The notes beneath the pieces are model-generated. The model had not been told where the DNA came from, searched no databases, and worked only from the letters and a program-made list of their open reading frames with translations. From the NCBI GenBank assembly GCA_045106895.1, contig JBGCFM010000149.1, positions 40,899 to 104,898 of the forward strand: 64,000 nucleotides of DNA. Direction: 5' to 3'. Of the stretch, positions 1 through 10,950 are shown piece by piece. A program made the position numbers and the translations under genes. Every line of letters begins with the position of its first letter. Position 1 is the first letter of the stretch. Source of the DNA: Polyangiales bacterium. GTDB taxonomy: Bacteria > Myxococcota_A > Polyangia > Polyangiales > Houyiibacteriaceae.

Positions 1-323
1 AGGGATTCACTTCAGAAGGCGCCGGCGGCGGCGTTTCATCAAAACGCTCGTCCGCTTCGGGGAGCTGATCCCCAGGGCAAGTGTTTGAGCTGGAGCAGTC
101 GCCTCCTGGCGCGACGATGGGCTCTGGCGCGACGACAGGCTCAGGTGCAACAACGGGCTCCGGCGCGACGACAGGCTCTGGCTCCTCGAGCGCAGGTGCG
201 GGCGTGGGCTCTTCGGTGCACGTGTTCGAACTAACAGTCGCTGCCGGGCGGCTCTGGGGTCTCGTCGCAGCCACGAGGGCCAAAGAGACCCGAGAGGAAA
301 CAGAAGATGATCAGTTGGAGCAT
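1..323 (-). pseudogene. Probable secreted Pro-rich protein running off the window edge, with an apparent frameshift near 232
   Basis: GGAG-preceded ATG at 323 gives MLQLIIFCFLSGLFGPRGC (signal-like), then TAG at 231-233. A shifted frame continues SSNTC...(EPVVAP)x3-4...DCSSSNTC, open to position 1. Confidence 0.45.
105..183 (-). repeat. 18-bp tandem coding repeat (EPVVAP) x4
   Basis: GAGCC(T/C)GT(C/T)GT(C/T)GC(G/A)CC units on the minus strand. Confidence 0.7.
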
Positions 324-420
324 GGGCAGGACTCCATCGGGTAGCTCGTGAGTGGCCGGAGAGTAGACCCACGCTGCCCCGAAAACCTTGGGACTTGCCT
401 ACGAGTAGCGTGGAGAGGGC

Positions 421-1530
421 CTAGTCGTCGAGTTCGTGCAGCGGACGAACACGCAATCCGCTGTTCCCAACTTCGGACTCCGACTCGCTCGCGAACTCGT
501 TCGGGTCGAGGGGCGCGTCGCCTCCGGCCTGGGCCGCAAACTCCTGCAGCTCCTGCTCCAACATGGCGAGACCAATCGACGCCATGATGTCGGTCTTTTC
601 CACGCGGCGTTTTTTCGCCAGGTGCATGCCAACCATGAGCGACACATCTTTCGGACCCACCGATGTGCCTTCGAGCGCGCGGTCGAGTGCACCTGCGATG
701 ATGCTGGCGCTGAGACGCTGCGCTGGGTCCGCCACGAGCACGCGCGAAAGAAGCATGTCTACGCTTGCCGGCACGCCCGGGTTAAAGTCGTGAAGCGACG
801 GGATCTCGCAGCGAGCTACGTTCTGAACCGTCGCCTTGTCGTTGTCTCCCAGGAAGAGCGGTCGTCCCGCGAGCATTTCCCAAAGAACGATCCCGAGGGC
901 GAACACATCCGTGCCCGGTCCCATCTCGCCGCGGCTTACGATCTCCGGCGCCAAGTAGCCGAGCTTTCCGCCCATCATCTCGCGGTCGGTGACGACGTTC
1001 GCTTCCGCGAGACCAAAGTCCGTGAGCTTCACGCTTCCGTCGCGGCCGAGCAGCAAGTTGTGCGGAGAGACATCGCGATGGATGATGTTCATCGACTCAC
1101 CGCTCGCGTCCTTGGCCGTGTGGCAATACTCGAGTGCACGCGCAAGCTCGCGACCGATGTAGAGAGCCGCTGCCAGCGGCATGAATGCGCCGCGCTCGTG
1201 TGCCGGGTCGAGGAAGCCTTTGAGTGAGTCTCCGTCAACGAGCTCCATCACCATGATGTACGTGCCGCCAACGTCCCGCGCGTCATAGACACGCACGATG
1301 TTGGGGTGACGAAGCAACATCCCGAGACGCGCCTCGTCCTCAAACATCGCTCGATACATAGGCGCGCCCATCTCGGGCAGCACACGTTTGATGGCGACCT
1401 CGTGACGTGTGCCATCTTCGAGGATGGCCTCCGCCGTCCACACCTCCGCCATACCGCCGACGGCCAAACGCTTGATGGGGCGATAGCGGGTCGGAGCTCG
1501 ACGAAGCTGGGTAGTTAAACCCCTAGGCAT
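421..1530 (-). CDS. Hanks-type serine/threonine protein kinase
   Basis: GGMAEV, VAIK, HRDVSPHN, DFG and APE motifs. Confidence 0.95.
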   Translation of the reverse strand: MPRGLTTQLRRAPTRYRPIKRLAVGGMAEVWTAEAILEDGTRHEVAIKRVLPEMGAPMYRAMFEDEARLGMLLRHPNIVRVYDARDVGGTYIMVMELVDGDSLKGFLDPAHERGAFMPLAAALYIGRELARALEYCHTAKDASGESMNIIHRDVSPHNLLLGRDGSVKLTDFGLAEANVVTDREMMGGKLGYLAPEIVSRGEMGPGTDVFALGIVLWEMLAGRPLFLGDNDKATVQNVARCEIPSLHDFNPGVPASVDMLLSRVLVADPAQRLSASIIAGALDRALEGTSVGPKDVSLMVGMHLAKKRRVEKTDIMASIGLAMLEQELQEFAAQAGGDAPLDPNEFASESESEVGNSGLRVRPLHELDD

Positions 1531-1569
1531 GGGCCTAGTGTCGAGTATGGGACCGCCTCGGTCAACGAC

Positions 1570-3378
1570 TCACGATGAAAATAACCCCTGATTCGAAGCA
1601 TTTACGTGATCGTCACAGAGGGCCTCGGCGGCGTGCATTTCCGTTGGCCCGGTCACATTCCAGTGGCCTACGAAACCCGCGCTTTCCATCCGCTCCCGTT
1701 TCAACATCGTCTCCAGGGCGCGTTTCCCCGCTTCTCGCTGCGATTTCGCGTTTTTCCCAGGTGGCGGAAGCCTCGGGTAGTCATGACGAAGGACGCCCGC
1801 GAAGTGCCGCTGGTAGGTCGGCGAGAGCCACCACGCGAATGCGTACTCGAGGAGCGCTTCGGGGCTCTCGTCCCCCGAAATATCCTTGGCCCATCGCCGA
1901 CCGAGCTCGCTGAGGTTCGCGTCGCCGCCCGGTCCATGCGTCGGAAATGCGCGGGCGCGACAGCTTGAACGCGCGGAGAGGAGGCAGTTGTCGATGATCG
2001 TCGTCGTCGCGAAGACATGGTTCCACGGGCGCCCGCCCCGATCCTTCCGCACCGTTACCAGGGAAAAGCTGGACGCGTCGATGGCACGCTGAAGAGCTGC
2101 GCGTGGCCGATGACAGACCTTGGAGAGGGAGACGAAGTAGCGTGTGTCGTAAGGCCGGTACTCGATAGGCCGAATCCAGGTCGTCCCCGCTGGGTCGTCG
2201 TTGAGGGCCGCGAGCACGAGGCGGCGGGCGGCCTCAGGATCGTAATGCGCGCTCTTCTTCTCGAGCACCTCCAGGAGCGGAAGGCGGAGGCCCATCGCAA
2301 ACGACTGCATGCGACTGAGGAGCGTCTCGCGGCTAGCGTCAACGAGGACCGCGTCACGATTCGTTTGCACGCCCTCGCGATGGAAAGGAATCAGCGTATC
2401 GATGGATTGCCAATGCGCGGGGAACTCGGCGCCTTCCGTCGGCACGAAGAGATGGCTCGGGGGCAGCGAAGGAAGTGCGGAGAAGGAGGGCTCGGCTTCC
2501 GCGAGGGATCGAAGCTTGTCGTCCTTGGTTCCGAGTACCCGCGCGTAGGTCACCTGCGCCTTGACCGCGTGCATGGGACGGGCGCCGACGGCGACGACGA
2601 CGCCGGGGCGTACGCCGAACACGTTGTCGTCCTCCACCCCTCGGGCGCGAGCGACGAGGCTGCTGCCACCAAGGTCCGTCAGTTCGATAGAGGGGAAGCG
2701 TCGAAGAAGCGCGCCTCGCATCCCGCGGTGTACAGGGCCGTCCAAGAAGGAGGCGTTGGACACAAACGCAAAGGCCCCCGGTCGGTGCTCGAAGGCGGCG
2801 TGGGCCCACGCAAAGAAGCGTACGTAGGAGTCGCTGAGGACGCCGAGCTTTCGCTCCTCGAGTCGCACTCCGTTCACGTCCCGCCGAAACGCCTCAAGGT
2901 GCGCTTCCGACGCGCTCACCTTCGAGGCGGTGCGACTCGCCCACGGCGGATTGCCAATGATGGCCAAGGGCCCGTCGACCTCGGCGAGGTGAGGAAGCGC
3001 GAGGGCATCTGCGTGGATCCAGTCGAGGTGAACGCCCGCTGGACGTCCGAGAGCGGCCCGCGCCGACGAGAGCGCCGCCGGGTCCAGGTCGATGCCCCGA
3101 AGGGTGAGATGCTTCGGGTCATCGACAAATCGAAGAAGCGACGCAAAGAAGGCGCCGGTTCCGCATGCAGGATCGATGACCGTCAGCCGCGGGGTGCGAA
3201 GTCCTTTCGGGAGCCCCGCCGACTGAAGCCTAAGATGTAGGCGTTGTACGACATACCGGCACAGCGCGACGGGGGTATGCACGACCCCGTGGGTGCGGCG
3301 GCGAGAGCCGCTAATTTCGCCATCGCGCCGGGAAGCGGCGTCGAGACTGGCGCTCTCCGCTGGGGTCAGTCCGGACAT
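1570..3378 (-). CDS. N6-adenine DNA methyltransferase with Type ISP-like C-terminal specificity domain (start could be 3390 or 3411)
   Basis: HTP, IDPACGTGAF (motif I), GNPPW (motif IV); C-terminal IEYRPYD and YQRHFAGVLRHDYPRLP resemble the Type ISP C-terminal domain. Confidence 0.8.
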   Translation of the reverse strand: MSGLTPAESASLDAASRRDGEISGSRRRTHGVVHTPVALCRYVVQRLHLRLQSAGLPKGLRTPRLTVIDPACGTGAFFASLLRFVDDPKHLTLRGIDLDPAALSSARAALGRPAGVHLDWIHADALALPHLAEVDGPLAIIGNPPWASRTASKVSASEAHLEAFRRDVNGVRLEERKLGVLSDSYVRFFAWAHAAFEHRPGAFAFVSNASFLDGPVHRGMRGALLRRFPSIELTDLGGSSLVARARGVEDDNVFGVRPGVVVAVGARPMHAVKAQVTYARVLGTKDDKLRSLAEAEPSFSALPSLPPSHLFVPTEGAEFPAHWQSIDTLIPFHREGVQTNRDAVLVDASRETLLSRMQSFAMGLRLPLLEVLEKKSAHYDPEAARRLVLAALNDDPAGTTWIRPIEYRPYDTRYFVSLSKVCHRPRAALQRAIDASSFSLVTVRKDRGGRPWNHVFATTTIIDNCLLSARSSCRARAFPTHGPGGDANLSELGRRWAKDISGDESPEALLEYAFAWWLSPTYQRHFAGVLRHDYPRLPPPGKNAKSQREAGKRALETMLKRERMESAGFVGHWNVTGPTEMHAAEALCDDHVNASNQGLFSS

Positions 3379-3465
3379 TTCCGGGACCATACGCTTTTGA
3401 GACGTGTCCATCCAGGTGGGCCGTGAGCCGACGATGCGGGGGAAGTTCCTCGTCGGAAAGACGCC

Positions 3466-3525
3466 TTTGAGGGTGAGCTGGTCACGGAGGCGAGGCGAAC
3501 TTTGCGAAGTTCGTTCAAAGAAAGA
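3466..3525 (+). repeat. Copy C of a 60-nt dispersed structured element
   Basis: TTTGAGGGTGAGCTGGTCACGGAGGCGAGGCGAACTTTGCGAAGTTCGTTCAAAGAAAGA; 43/60 identical to copy B without gaps. Confidence 0.7.
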
Positions 3526-3575
3526 CGCATTTGCACGAAACCTTTTGCATCGCGTGGCATAGTGCCCACGAATCC

Positions 3576-4253
3576 ATGCCGGTTTCTGACGAACAGAATG
3601 ACCCAAGCGCAGGCGGAGGCGAGAACCTCGCCTCTCTGATGGGGCCATCGGACGAACTCCTCGCGTCGATGCGCGCGTCGACGCGGCAGCAGATCGAAGA
3701 CAACAAAGGCGTCCTCACGCAGATTCGCGAGAAGCCGACGCCCCTTCGGCGGATGGCGCTGCTCGTCATCTTGGGGGTCATCGGTGCCTTGGCTGTCGTC
3801 GGCGGGTTCGGTGACACCTGGGTCATCGCGGCGTTCCTAGTCATCGCGGGAGGCAGCTTTTGGCTCGCCCTAAAACCTGCCCATGAGGCGCCGCCGCCGC
3901 GCTGGCTTATTTGGGCGCTCCCCGTTATCGCCCTCGCGACCGCCGTCGTTGTCGCAACTCTCGCCCCTCGCGGCCAGATGCCCTTCGCCCATCATGTGAA
4001 GTGCTTCATCCCTGGCATGGCCATCGCCTTGGTCCTGCTGGGGACCGCTCGACTCTTTCGGCGACAGCCGCTGGGCTTCGCGCCCTTCGCGGGCTCCGTG
4101 GGCGCAGGCCTCGGCGCCAACGCCTTTCTCGCTGGGCGGTGTCACCTTGAACCCACCATGGGGCACCTGCTGATTGGCCATGGGTCGGTTCTCATCGTCG
4201 CCCTCGCCCTCGCGGCGGGCGTTGGCCTCATCGCCCAACGCAACCAGACCTGA
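3576..4253 (+). CDS. Membrane protein, NrsF/DUF1109-like putative anti-sigma factor
   Basis: About 6 hydrophobic segments; KC and C..H...GHLLIGH motifs. Confidence 0.55.
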   Translation: MPVSDEQNDPSAGGGENLASLMGPSDELLASMRASTRQQIEDNKGVLTQIREKPTPLRRMALLVILGVIGALAVVGGFGDTWVIAAFLVIAGGSFWLALKPAHEAPPPRWLIWALPVIALATAVVVATLAPRGQMPFAHHVKCFIPGMAIALVLLGTARLFRRQPLGFAPFAGSVGAGLGANAFLAGRCHLEPTMGHLLIGHGSVLIVALALAAGVGLIAQRNQT

Positions 4254-4462
4254 GCCTCTTCGGGATCAAAATCGGCAAAAGTCAGCGCTTTTGCTTGGTT
4301 CGTCGGCGAAATTGCGTTGAGCCCACGGAGCATCCTGCTATGGCGCTGACGTTAGTCGGAATTCCGCCGAGCCAAAATGGGTTGCCGCGTGGAAGCTTCG
4401 GTAAGAAATAACGTAGAAGGGGCGCGACCCCACCTTTTGTCGCGCTTTGGAGGATTAGGGAC

Positions 4463-5503
<1,041 letters not shown>

Positions 5504-5560
5504 GTTCTATTCCGCCCAGACCCGCCTCGCGGCGGCGACCTGGACGAAAAGACGTCGCTC

Positions 5561-5588
5561 AAAACGCTCCGCCTTGGCGGGGCGTTTT
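5561..5588 (+). terminator. Intrinsic terminator
   Basis: AAAACGCTCCGCC-TT-GGCGGGGCGTTTT hairpin after the barrel gene. Confidence 0.75.
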
Positions 5589-5642
5589 GTCGTTTAAGCC
5601 GTGATTGCGCCGGCGCCCAACTCAGCGAACACTGTGCAGCCA

Positions 5643-8486
5643 ATGGACGTTCGAAATCACCCCTACGCCGACTTCCTCCACCAAGTGAAGAAGCCCGCCC
5701 AGTACATCGGCGGCGAGCATGGAGAAAAGCGTAAGGACTGGGACAGCGTGTCGTGTCGCCTCTGCCTCGCGTTCCCCGACCTCTACGAGATCGGCATGAG
5801 CCACCTCGGCTTTAAGATTCTCTACGGCATCGTGAACGGTCACGAAAAACTCCTCGCCGAACGGGCTTACGCGCCATGGGGGGACATGGAAGAGAAGCTC
5901 CGGGAGAACGAGCAGCCGCTGCGTAGCCTCGAGAGCTGGAGGCCGCTGTCCGATTTCGACATCGTCGGTTTCTCCCTGCAGTTTGAGCTCACCTACTCAA
6001 ACGTTCTCACCATGCTCGACTTGGGCGGCATCCCCCTTCGAAGCGCCGACCGCGACGAGAGCGATCCCCTCGTCGTTTGCGGAGGACCCGTCGCAACACA
6101 CGCACAGCCGCTCTCCGGCTTCATCGACGTCTTCCTCATCGGTGATGGCGAGGAAAAAACCGCCGAGCTCATGCTCGCTTGGGCGCAACTTCGAGATGCG
6201 GGCGTTCCACGCCGTGAGCGTCTCATCGCTATCGCACAGCTCGGCGGCTTCTACGTGCCGAGCCTCTACGAGACGGTCCTCGACGAGGACACGCAGCTCT
6301 ACGTCGTGGAGAAGCCGCAGGAAGGCACGGACGCGCCCTACCCTGTGGAACGCGCCATCGTTCGCGACCTAAAGAAGTTCGACTTCCCCCACGATGGTCC
6401 CGTCGCAGCCACCGAGACGATCTTTGACCGCGTCTCCATCGAGGTCGCGCGCGGCTGCACGGAAGGCTGCCGTTTCTGCCAGGCCGGGATGATCTACCGG
6501 CCTGTGCGCGAGCGAGACCCAAAGGCCATCGTCGACACCATCGTGCGTGCCGTCAAAGAAGGCGGCTACGACGAAGCCTCGCTGACGAGTCTATCGACGG
6601 CGGACTACTCTGCCATCGAGCCCCTCGTTCATGACGTGATGCAGGCGCTCAAAGGCGAGCGTGTCAACGTCAGCGTCTCGTCGCTCCGGGCCTACGGGTT
6701 AAGCGAAGCGGTCCTCGACGATATGAAGACCCAGCGCGCCGGAGGACTGACTTTCGCGCCGGAAGCCGGCACCCAGCGCATGCGGGACGTGGTCAATAAG
6801 AACGTCACCGAAGAACAGCTTATGGAGACCGCCGAGCGCGTGTTCTCGCGTGGCTGGAAGAAGATGAAGCTCTACTTCATGATCGGGCTCCCCACGGAGG
6901 AGGACGAGGACGTCATCGGCATCGCGCAGACCGGCGCTCGCGCCCTGGCCGTCGCCCACCGCACTCGCAAACGTCGGGACGCGAAGGTCACCGTGAGCGT
7001 CAGCAGCCATGTGCCCAAGCCGCACACGCCTTTTCAGTGGTGCGCGATGGACCCTCACGAAGAGATCGTTCGTAAACAGGGCCTCCTCCGCCGCGAGACA
7101 CGAATGTCAAAGGTCTCCCTTCGTGTTCACGATTCGACGGGGAGCTGGCTCGAAGCAGTTCTGGCTCGAGGCGACCATCGGCTCACGGACGTCATTGAAG
7201 GCGCCTGGCGACGCGGCGCACGTTTCGACTCATGGCAAGAGCGCCTCAACCTTGAGGCTTGGGAGGAAGCCTTCGCCGACGCGGGCCTCGACCCCCACGC
7301 GATGCTTGGCACCCTCCCCGTCAGCGCACGTCTGCCTTGGGACCATATCGATGTCGGCCTCGAGGAAGGGTTCCTCGCCAAGGAGTACCGAAAGGCGCTG
7401 AAGAACCGTCTCAGCCCGCCCTGTGGAAAGGTCGCCGGCACCTTCGTGCACCACACGAACTTGCAGGACGCAAGCGCGGACACCAAACGTCTAGTTTGCT
7501 ACGACTGCGGCGTCGCGTGTGACATGGGTAAGATGCGCAACGACCGGTTGATCTCCCTCGACCGACTCGGCGCCAAAGAGCCGCGCATCGCGCCATCCCT
7601 CGCGCGCCTCGAAGCGGGTGACACAGAAGCGGAACGTATCGCCGATGACCTCGCCCAGACGCCCAAGGGACGTGTGGAACAAGGACCGACTCAGCGCCTT
7701 CGAATCGGCTTCTCCAAGGTCGGCCGCATCGCCTTCAGCTCGCACCTCGACCTCGTCCGACTCTTTCCTCGTTGGTTCAGGCGCGTTGGCTTACCCATGT
7801 TCTGGTCCGAGGGGTACCACCCACGTGCTCAAATGATGTTCTCCCCCGCGTTGAGCCTCGGCATCAGCAGCACCGGCGAGTACGTCGACGTAAAGATCCG
7901 CCGCGACGACTTCGATGGGGACATTGAAGCGCTCTTGCCGAAGCTTCGCGAGGCCGCATTCGAAGGCATCGAGGTCTTCGGAGCCGTGGTCCTCGAAGAC
8001 GGCGACCGAGCGCTTGGACGCATCCTCAATGAGAGCGTTTGGGTCGCAGCGCTACCGGTGAAAGCTCTCGCAGAGCGAGGTCTCGGAAGCGAAGAGGCGC
8101 TTCGCGCATTCGTCGCCGAGAAGCTTACGGGCCAGCTCACCGCCGTCCGTGAGCGAAAAGGCATCAAGCGGAACATCGACGTCTCCCGCGCGCTCCTCGA
8201 CTGCGACGTCGGCGAAGGCCTCGAGACGCTCCGCGCCGCGGGTCTCGTCGGAGACTTCCTCTCGCTTCGCTTCACCACAGACATGGCCGCCGCTGGCACC
8301 GCGAAACCCACGGAGGTCCTTCGGGCCTTCTTTGGTGAGTTCCCCGCACGCATCGTTCGCGAAGGCGTCTTCGCCCGCGCAGAGGGACGACGCGTCTCCC
8401 CCCTCGACGTAGAACGCATGCGCAAGGTCGCCATTGAAGTGAGCGCGCTAAAGAACGGCCCCAAGAAATCTGAGCAGAGCGCATGA
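5643..8486 (+). CDS. TIGR03960-type B12-binding radical SAM protein fused to a TIGR03936/DUF2344-type domain
   Basis: RGCTEGCRFC, FPDLYEIGMSHLG, LTFAPEAG; C-terminal SHLDLVRLF...SEGYHP. Confidence 0.88.
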   Translation: MDVRNHPYADFLHQVKKPAQYIGGEHGEKRKDWDSVSCRLCLAFPDLYEIGMSHLGFKILYGIVNGHEKLLAERAYAPWGDMEEKLRENEQPLRSLESWRPLSDFDIVGFSLQFELTYSNVLTMLDLGGIPLRSADRDESDPLVVCGGPVATHAQPLSGFIDVFLIGDGEEKTAELMLAWAQLRDAGVPRRERLIAIAQLGGFYVPSLYETVLDEDTQLYVVEKPQEGTDAPYPVERAIVRDLKKFDFPHDGPVAATETIFDRVSIEVARGCTEGCRFCQAGMIYRPVRERDPKAIVDTIVRAVKEGGYDEASLTSLSTADYSAIEPLVHDVMQALKGERVNVSVSSLRAYGLSEAVLDDMKTQRAGGLTFAPEAGTQRMRDVVNKNVTEEQLMETAERVFSRGWKKMKLYFMIGLPTEEDEDVIGIAQTGARALAVAHRTRKRRDAKVTVSVSSHVPKPHTPFQWCAMDPHEEIVRKQGLLRRETRMSKVSLRVHDSTGSWLEAVLARGDHRLTDVIEGAWRRGARFDSWQERLNLEAWEEAFADAGLDPHAMLGTLPVSARLPWDHIDVGLEEGFLAKEYRKALKNRLSPPCGKVAGTFVHHTNLQDASADTKRLVCYDCGVACDMGKMRNDRLISLDRLGAKEPRIAPSLARLEAGDTEAERIADDLAQTPKGRVEQGPTQRLRIGFSKVGRIAFSSHLDLVRLFPRWFRRVGLPMFWSEGYHPRAQMMFSPALSLGISSTGEYVDVKIRRDDFDGDIEALLPKLREAAFEGIEVFGAVVLEDGDRALGRILNESVWVAALPVKALAERGLGSEEALRAFVAEKLTGQLTAVRERKGIKRNIDVSRALLDCDVGEGLETLRAAGLVGDFLSLRFTTDMAAAGTAKPTEVLRAFFGEFPARIVREGVFARAEGRRVSPLDVERMRKVAIEVSALKNGPKKSEQSA

Positions 8487-9100
8487 ACCTCGACTACCTC
8501 AAGAGCCTCGTCAAAAGCGGACTCGATTCCGCGAAATCACGCTTGGACGATGTGGCCCCCGTGGCGAACGCTCGAAAAGCCCTCCGCGAACTGACGACCC
8601 AAGGCGCGACGCTAAGCGAACCGGAGCTGACGAAAGCCATCTCGCAAACCGCCGGTGTGACGGAGATGTCCGTCACGGCACGTCGCGGCGCGCTTCAGAT
8701 TCAAGCAAGCTTCGAAGACTACGAGCCGCTGAGCTGCGAGATTTCCGTCGAGGCTATTCGCTTTGCACCACGCGGGGCGAAGGAGATGATCTTCCGCGTC
8801 GCCCCTGAAGAGTGCGCGTCCCATCGGGGCGCGCGCGCCGTCGTGGGCACCCTCGCGAGCCTCATCGCCGGCTCACTCTGGGCCATGGTTTTGGGCCCAT
8901 GGGACGGCAACGGAGACGCCATCGTCGACCGAGATGGTCCGGGCCTCTTTCGCGTGGACCTGCGCAGCGTGCCTTCCGTGCGCGAAGCGATTCGAAAGGG
9001 AGCCAGCGCGATGGTCATCGACACGCTGATGCTCGGCGATGTGACGGCGGAGAGCGAAACATTGCGCTTGCGATTCCGTCTCCCGGGAATGATCGGCTAA
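8483..9100 (+). CDS. Hypothetical protein
   Basis: ATGA overlap with upstream gene; coding-like codon usage. Confidence 0.7.
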   Translation: MNLDYLKSLVKSGLDSAKSRLDDVAPVANARKALRELTTQGATLSEPELTKAISQTAGVTEMSVTARRGALQIQASFEDYEPLSCEISVEAIRFAPRGAKEMIFRVAPEECASHRGARAVVGTLASLIAGSLWAMVLGPWDGNGDAIVDRDGPGLFRVDLRSVPSVREAIRKGASAMVIDTLMLGDVTAESETLRLRFRLPGMIG

Positions 9101-9120
9101 CGCGTCCGCTCCCTTCGCCG

Positions 9121-10950
9121 CTACGCGTCTAGCTCTCGATAAGACTCAGCCTGCATGCCGAAGAGTTCGGCGTAACGGCCATCTTCGGCGATGAGCGCTG
9201 CGTGGTCGCCTCGCTCGGTGATCTTTCCGCCTTCGAGCAGGAGAATTTCGTCGGCGTCGCGAAGCGCCGAGAGCCGGTGAGCCGCGATGAGCGTAACGCA
9301 CCGGCCACGGAGCGACTCGACCTCGTCGAAGAGTGCCTGCTCCGCCTCTGGATCGAGCGCCGCCGTCGGTTCATCAAGCACGACGAGGCTGGCCTGCGTG
9401 CGAAGAAAGGCACGCGCGATGGCGAGCTTCTGCCATTGGCCACCACTGAGGTCGACGCCGCCCGGAAAAGAACGCCCCAAGCGTGTCTCGTACCCAGCAT
9501 CCAAGGCTTCGATGAACCCGTGAGCACCTGCGCGCGTCGCCGCTTCGTGGCGTTGCTCCACGCTCTTGTCCGTGTCCCCGAGCCCGATGCCTTCATCGAT
9601 GGTGAGTTTGAAACGCGCGAAGTCCTGAAAAGTCGCCGCGCGCCGTTCCGCCAGCAGCTCCGGGGGCCAATCCTGCAGGTCAACGCCGTCGAGGAGCACG
9701 TGTCCCTCGTCGGGCTCAAGGAGGCCTAGCGCGAGCTTCAGGAGCGTGGACTTGCCCGAACCGTTGTGTCCCACGAGTCCAAGAACCTGCCCCGCGCCGA
9801 CCTGGAAGGAGACGTCGTCCAGCGCCGCGTCTTGCGTCCCCGGGTAGCGATAGGTCACGCCTTCGAAACGTAGCCCTGCCTCTTCGCTTCGCGGCGGCAT
9901 CGACAGACGCTGCACCACCGCAGCGTCAACGCTAGGCTCGGCCGTTGCTTCCGGAAGCACCTCGAGGAGGTCGGCTAGGTAGAGTCGGTCATGCACCACG
10001 CCGGCGATGTCCGTCAGCAAGGTCTGAGTCGCGTTCTGGGCCTGTCGGAACACGACGAGGGCCATCGACATCACGCCTAGGCTCACCTCGCCGGCGACGG
10101 CCTGCTGCACCGTGACCAGGTAGGCGCCGTAGACAGCGACGGTCCCGAGACCTAGCCAGGCGCCGGTGGAGAGTCCTTCACGCTTGGCGAGGTGCGCTTC
10201 CGCTCGGTAGATTTCATCGCTCATGGCCACGAAGCGCGCGCGGAGAGCGGGGGCGAACCCGAGAACGCGGACTTCCTTCGCGAACCCTTCACGTGTCAAC
10301 ACGTTCTCGAGGTAGCCGAGTTCGCGTCGACGGACGACCTGTTCGGCGGCGAGGTCATGGAGGCGTCTCGCGAAACGCACCTGAGCCACAAAAGCGGGGA
10401 CGTTTGCCAAGAGAACCACCACAATCGCCCACGGGCTCACCTGCATCAGCAGCAGCGCCGAGGCGACGACGACGATGGCGCCGCGCATTGTGCCAAGACT
10501 GTGCTGCATGAAGAGCCCCGGCCGCGTCGCCGCTTGGCGTCGCGCGAGCTCAATGCGGTCATGCGTCTCCGGCTCTTCCATGCGCGCCAAGGAGAGCCGT
10601 GTCGCCTCGCCAATGATGCGTTCCCGAATACGCTCCGCAACGCGGAGGCCAACAAGGTGGCGCGTCACATGCTGCGTGCGCGTGGCCAAGAGAAGCCCAA
10701 GCATGGCGCAGGCTTCAATGACCAAAAAGAACAGGGCGTTCTCTTCCGCCTGCAGGAGTGTGCTCGACAGAGCATCCGCGCGCTGAGCGCTCTCGACGGC
10801 GTCGATGATGCGCTTCCCGAGCCAAGCGACGAGCGCGGGCAAGACCCCGGACGCCGCCGTCGCGAAGAGCAGACCCAACGTCAGCCGTGGACTGGCCCGC
10901 CAGATCTCCTTGGCCATCCGCCGAGCGACCGGCACGCGTGCGCGGGACAC
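9121..10950 (-). CDS. ABC exporter, fused permease and ATPase
   Basis: N-terminal TM helices; GHNGSGKST, LSGGQWQ, LDEPT. Confidence 0.92.
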   Translation of the reverse strand: MSRARVPVARRMAKEIWRASPRLTLGLLFATAASGVLPALVAWLGKRIIDAVESAQRADALSSTLLQAEENALFFLVIEACAMLGLLLATRTQHVTRHLVGLRVAERIRERIIGEATRLSLARMEEPETHDRIELARRQAATRPGLFMQHSLGTMRGAIVVVASALLLMQVSPWAIVVVLLANVPAFVAQVRFARRLHDLAAEQVVRRRELGYLENVLTREGFAKEVRVLGFAPALRARFVAMSDEIYRAEAHLAKREGLSTGAWLGLGTVAVYGAYLVTVQQAVAGEVSLGVMSMALVVFRQAQNATQTLLTDIAGVVHDRLYLADLLEVLPEATAEPSVDAAVVQRLSMPPRSEEAGLRFEGVTYRYPGTQDAALDDVSFQVGAGQVLGLVGHNGSGKSTLLKLALGLLEPDEGHVLLDGVDLQDWPPELLAERRAATFQDFARFKLTIDEGIGLGDTDKSVEQRHEAATRAGAHGFIEALDAGYETRLGRSFPGGVDLSGGQWQKLAIARAFLRTQASLVVLDEPTAALDPEAEQALFDEVESLRGRCVTLIAAHRLSALRDADEILLLEGGKITERGDHAALIAEDGRYAELFGMQAESYRELDA

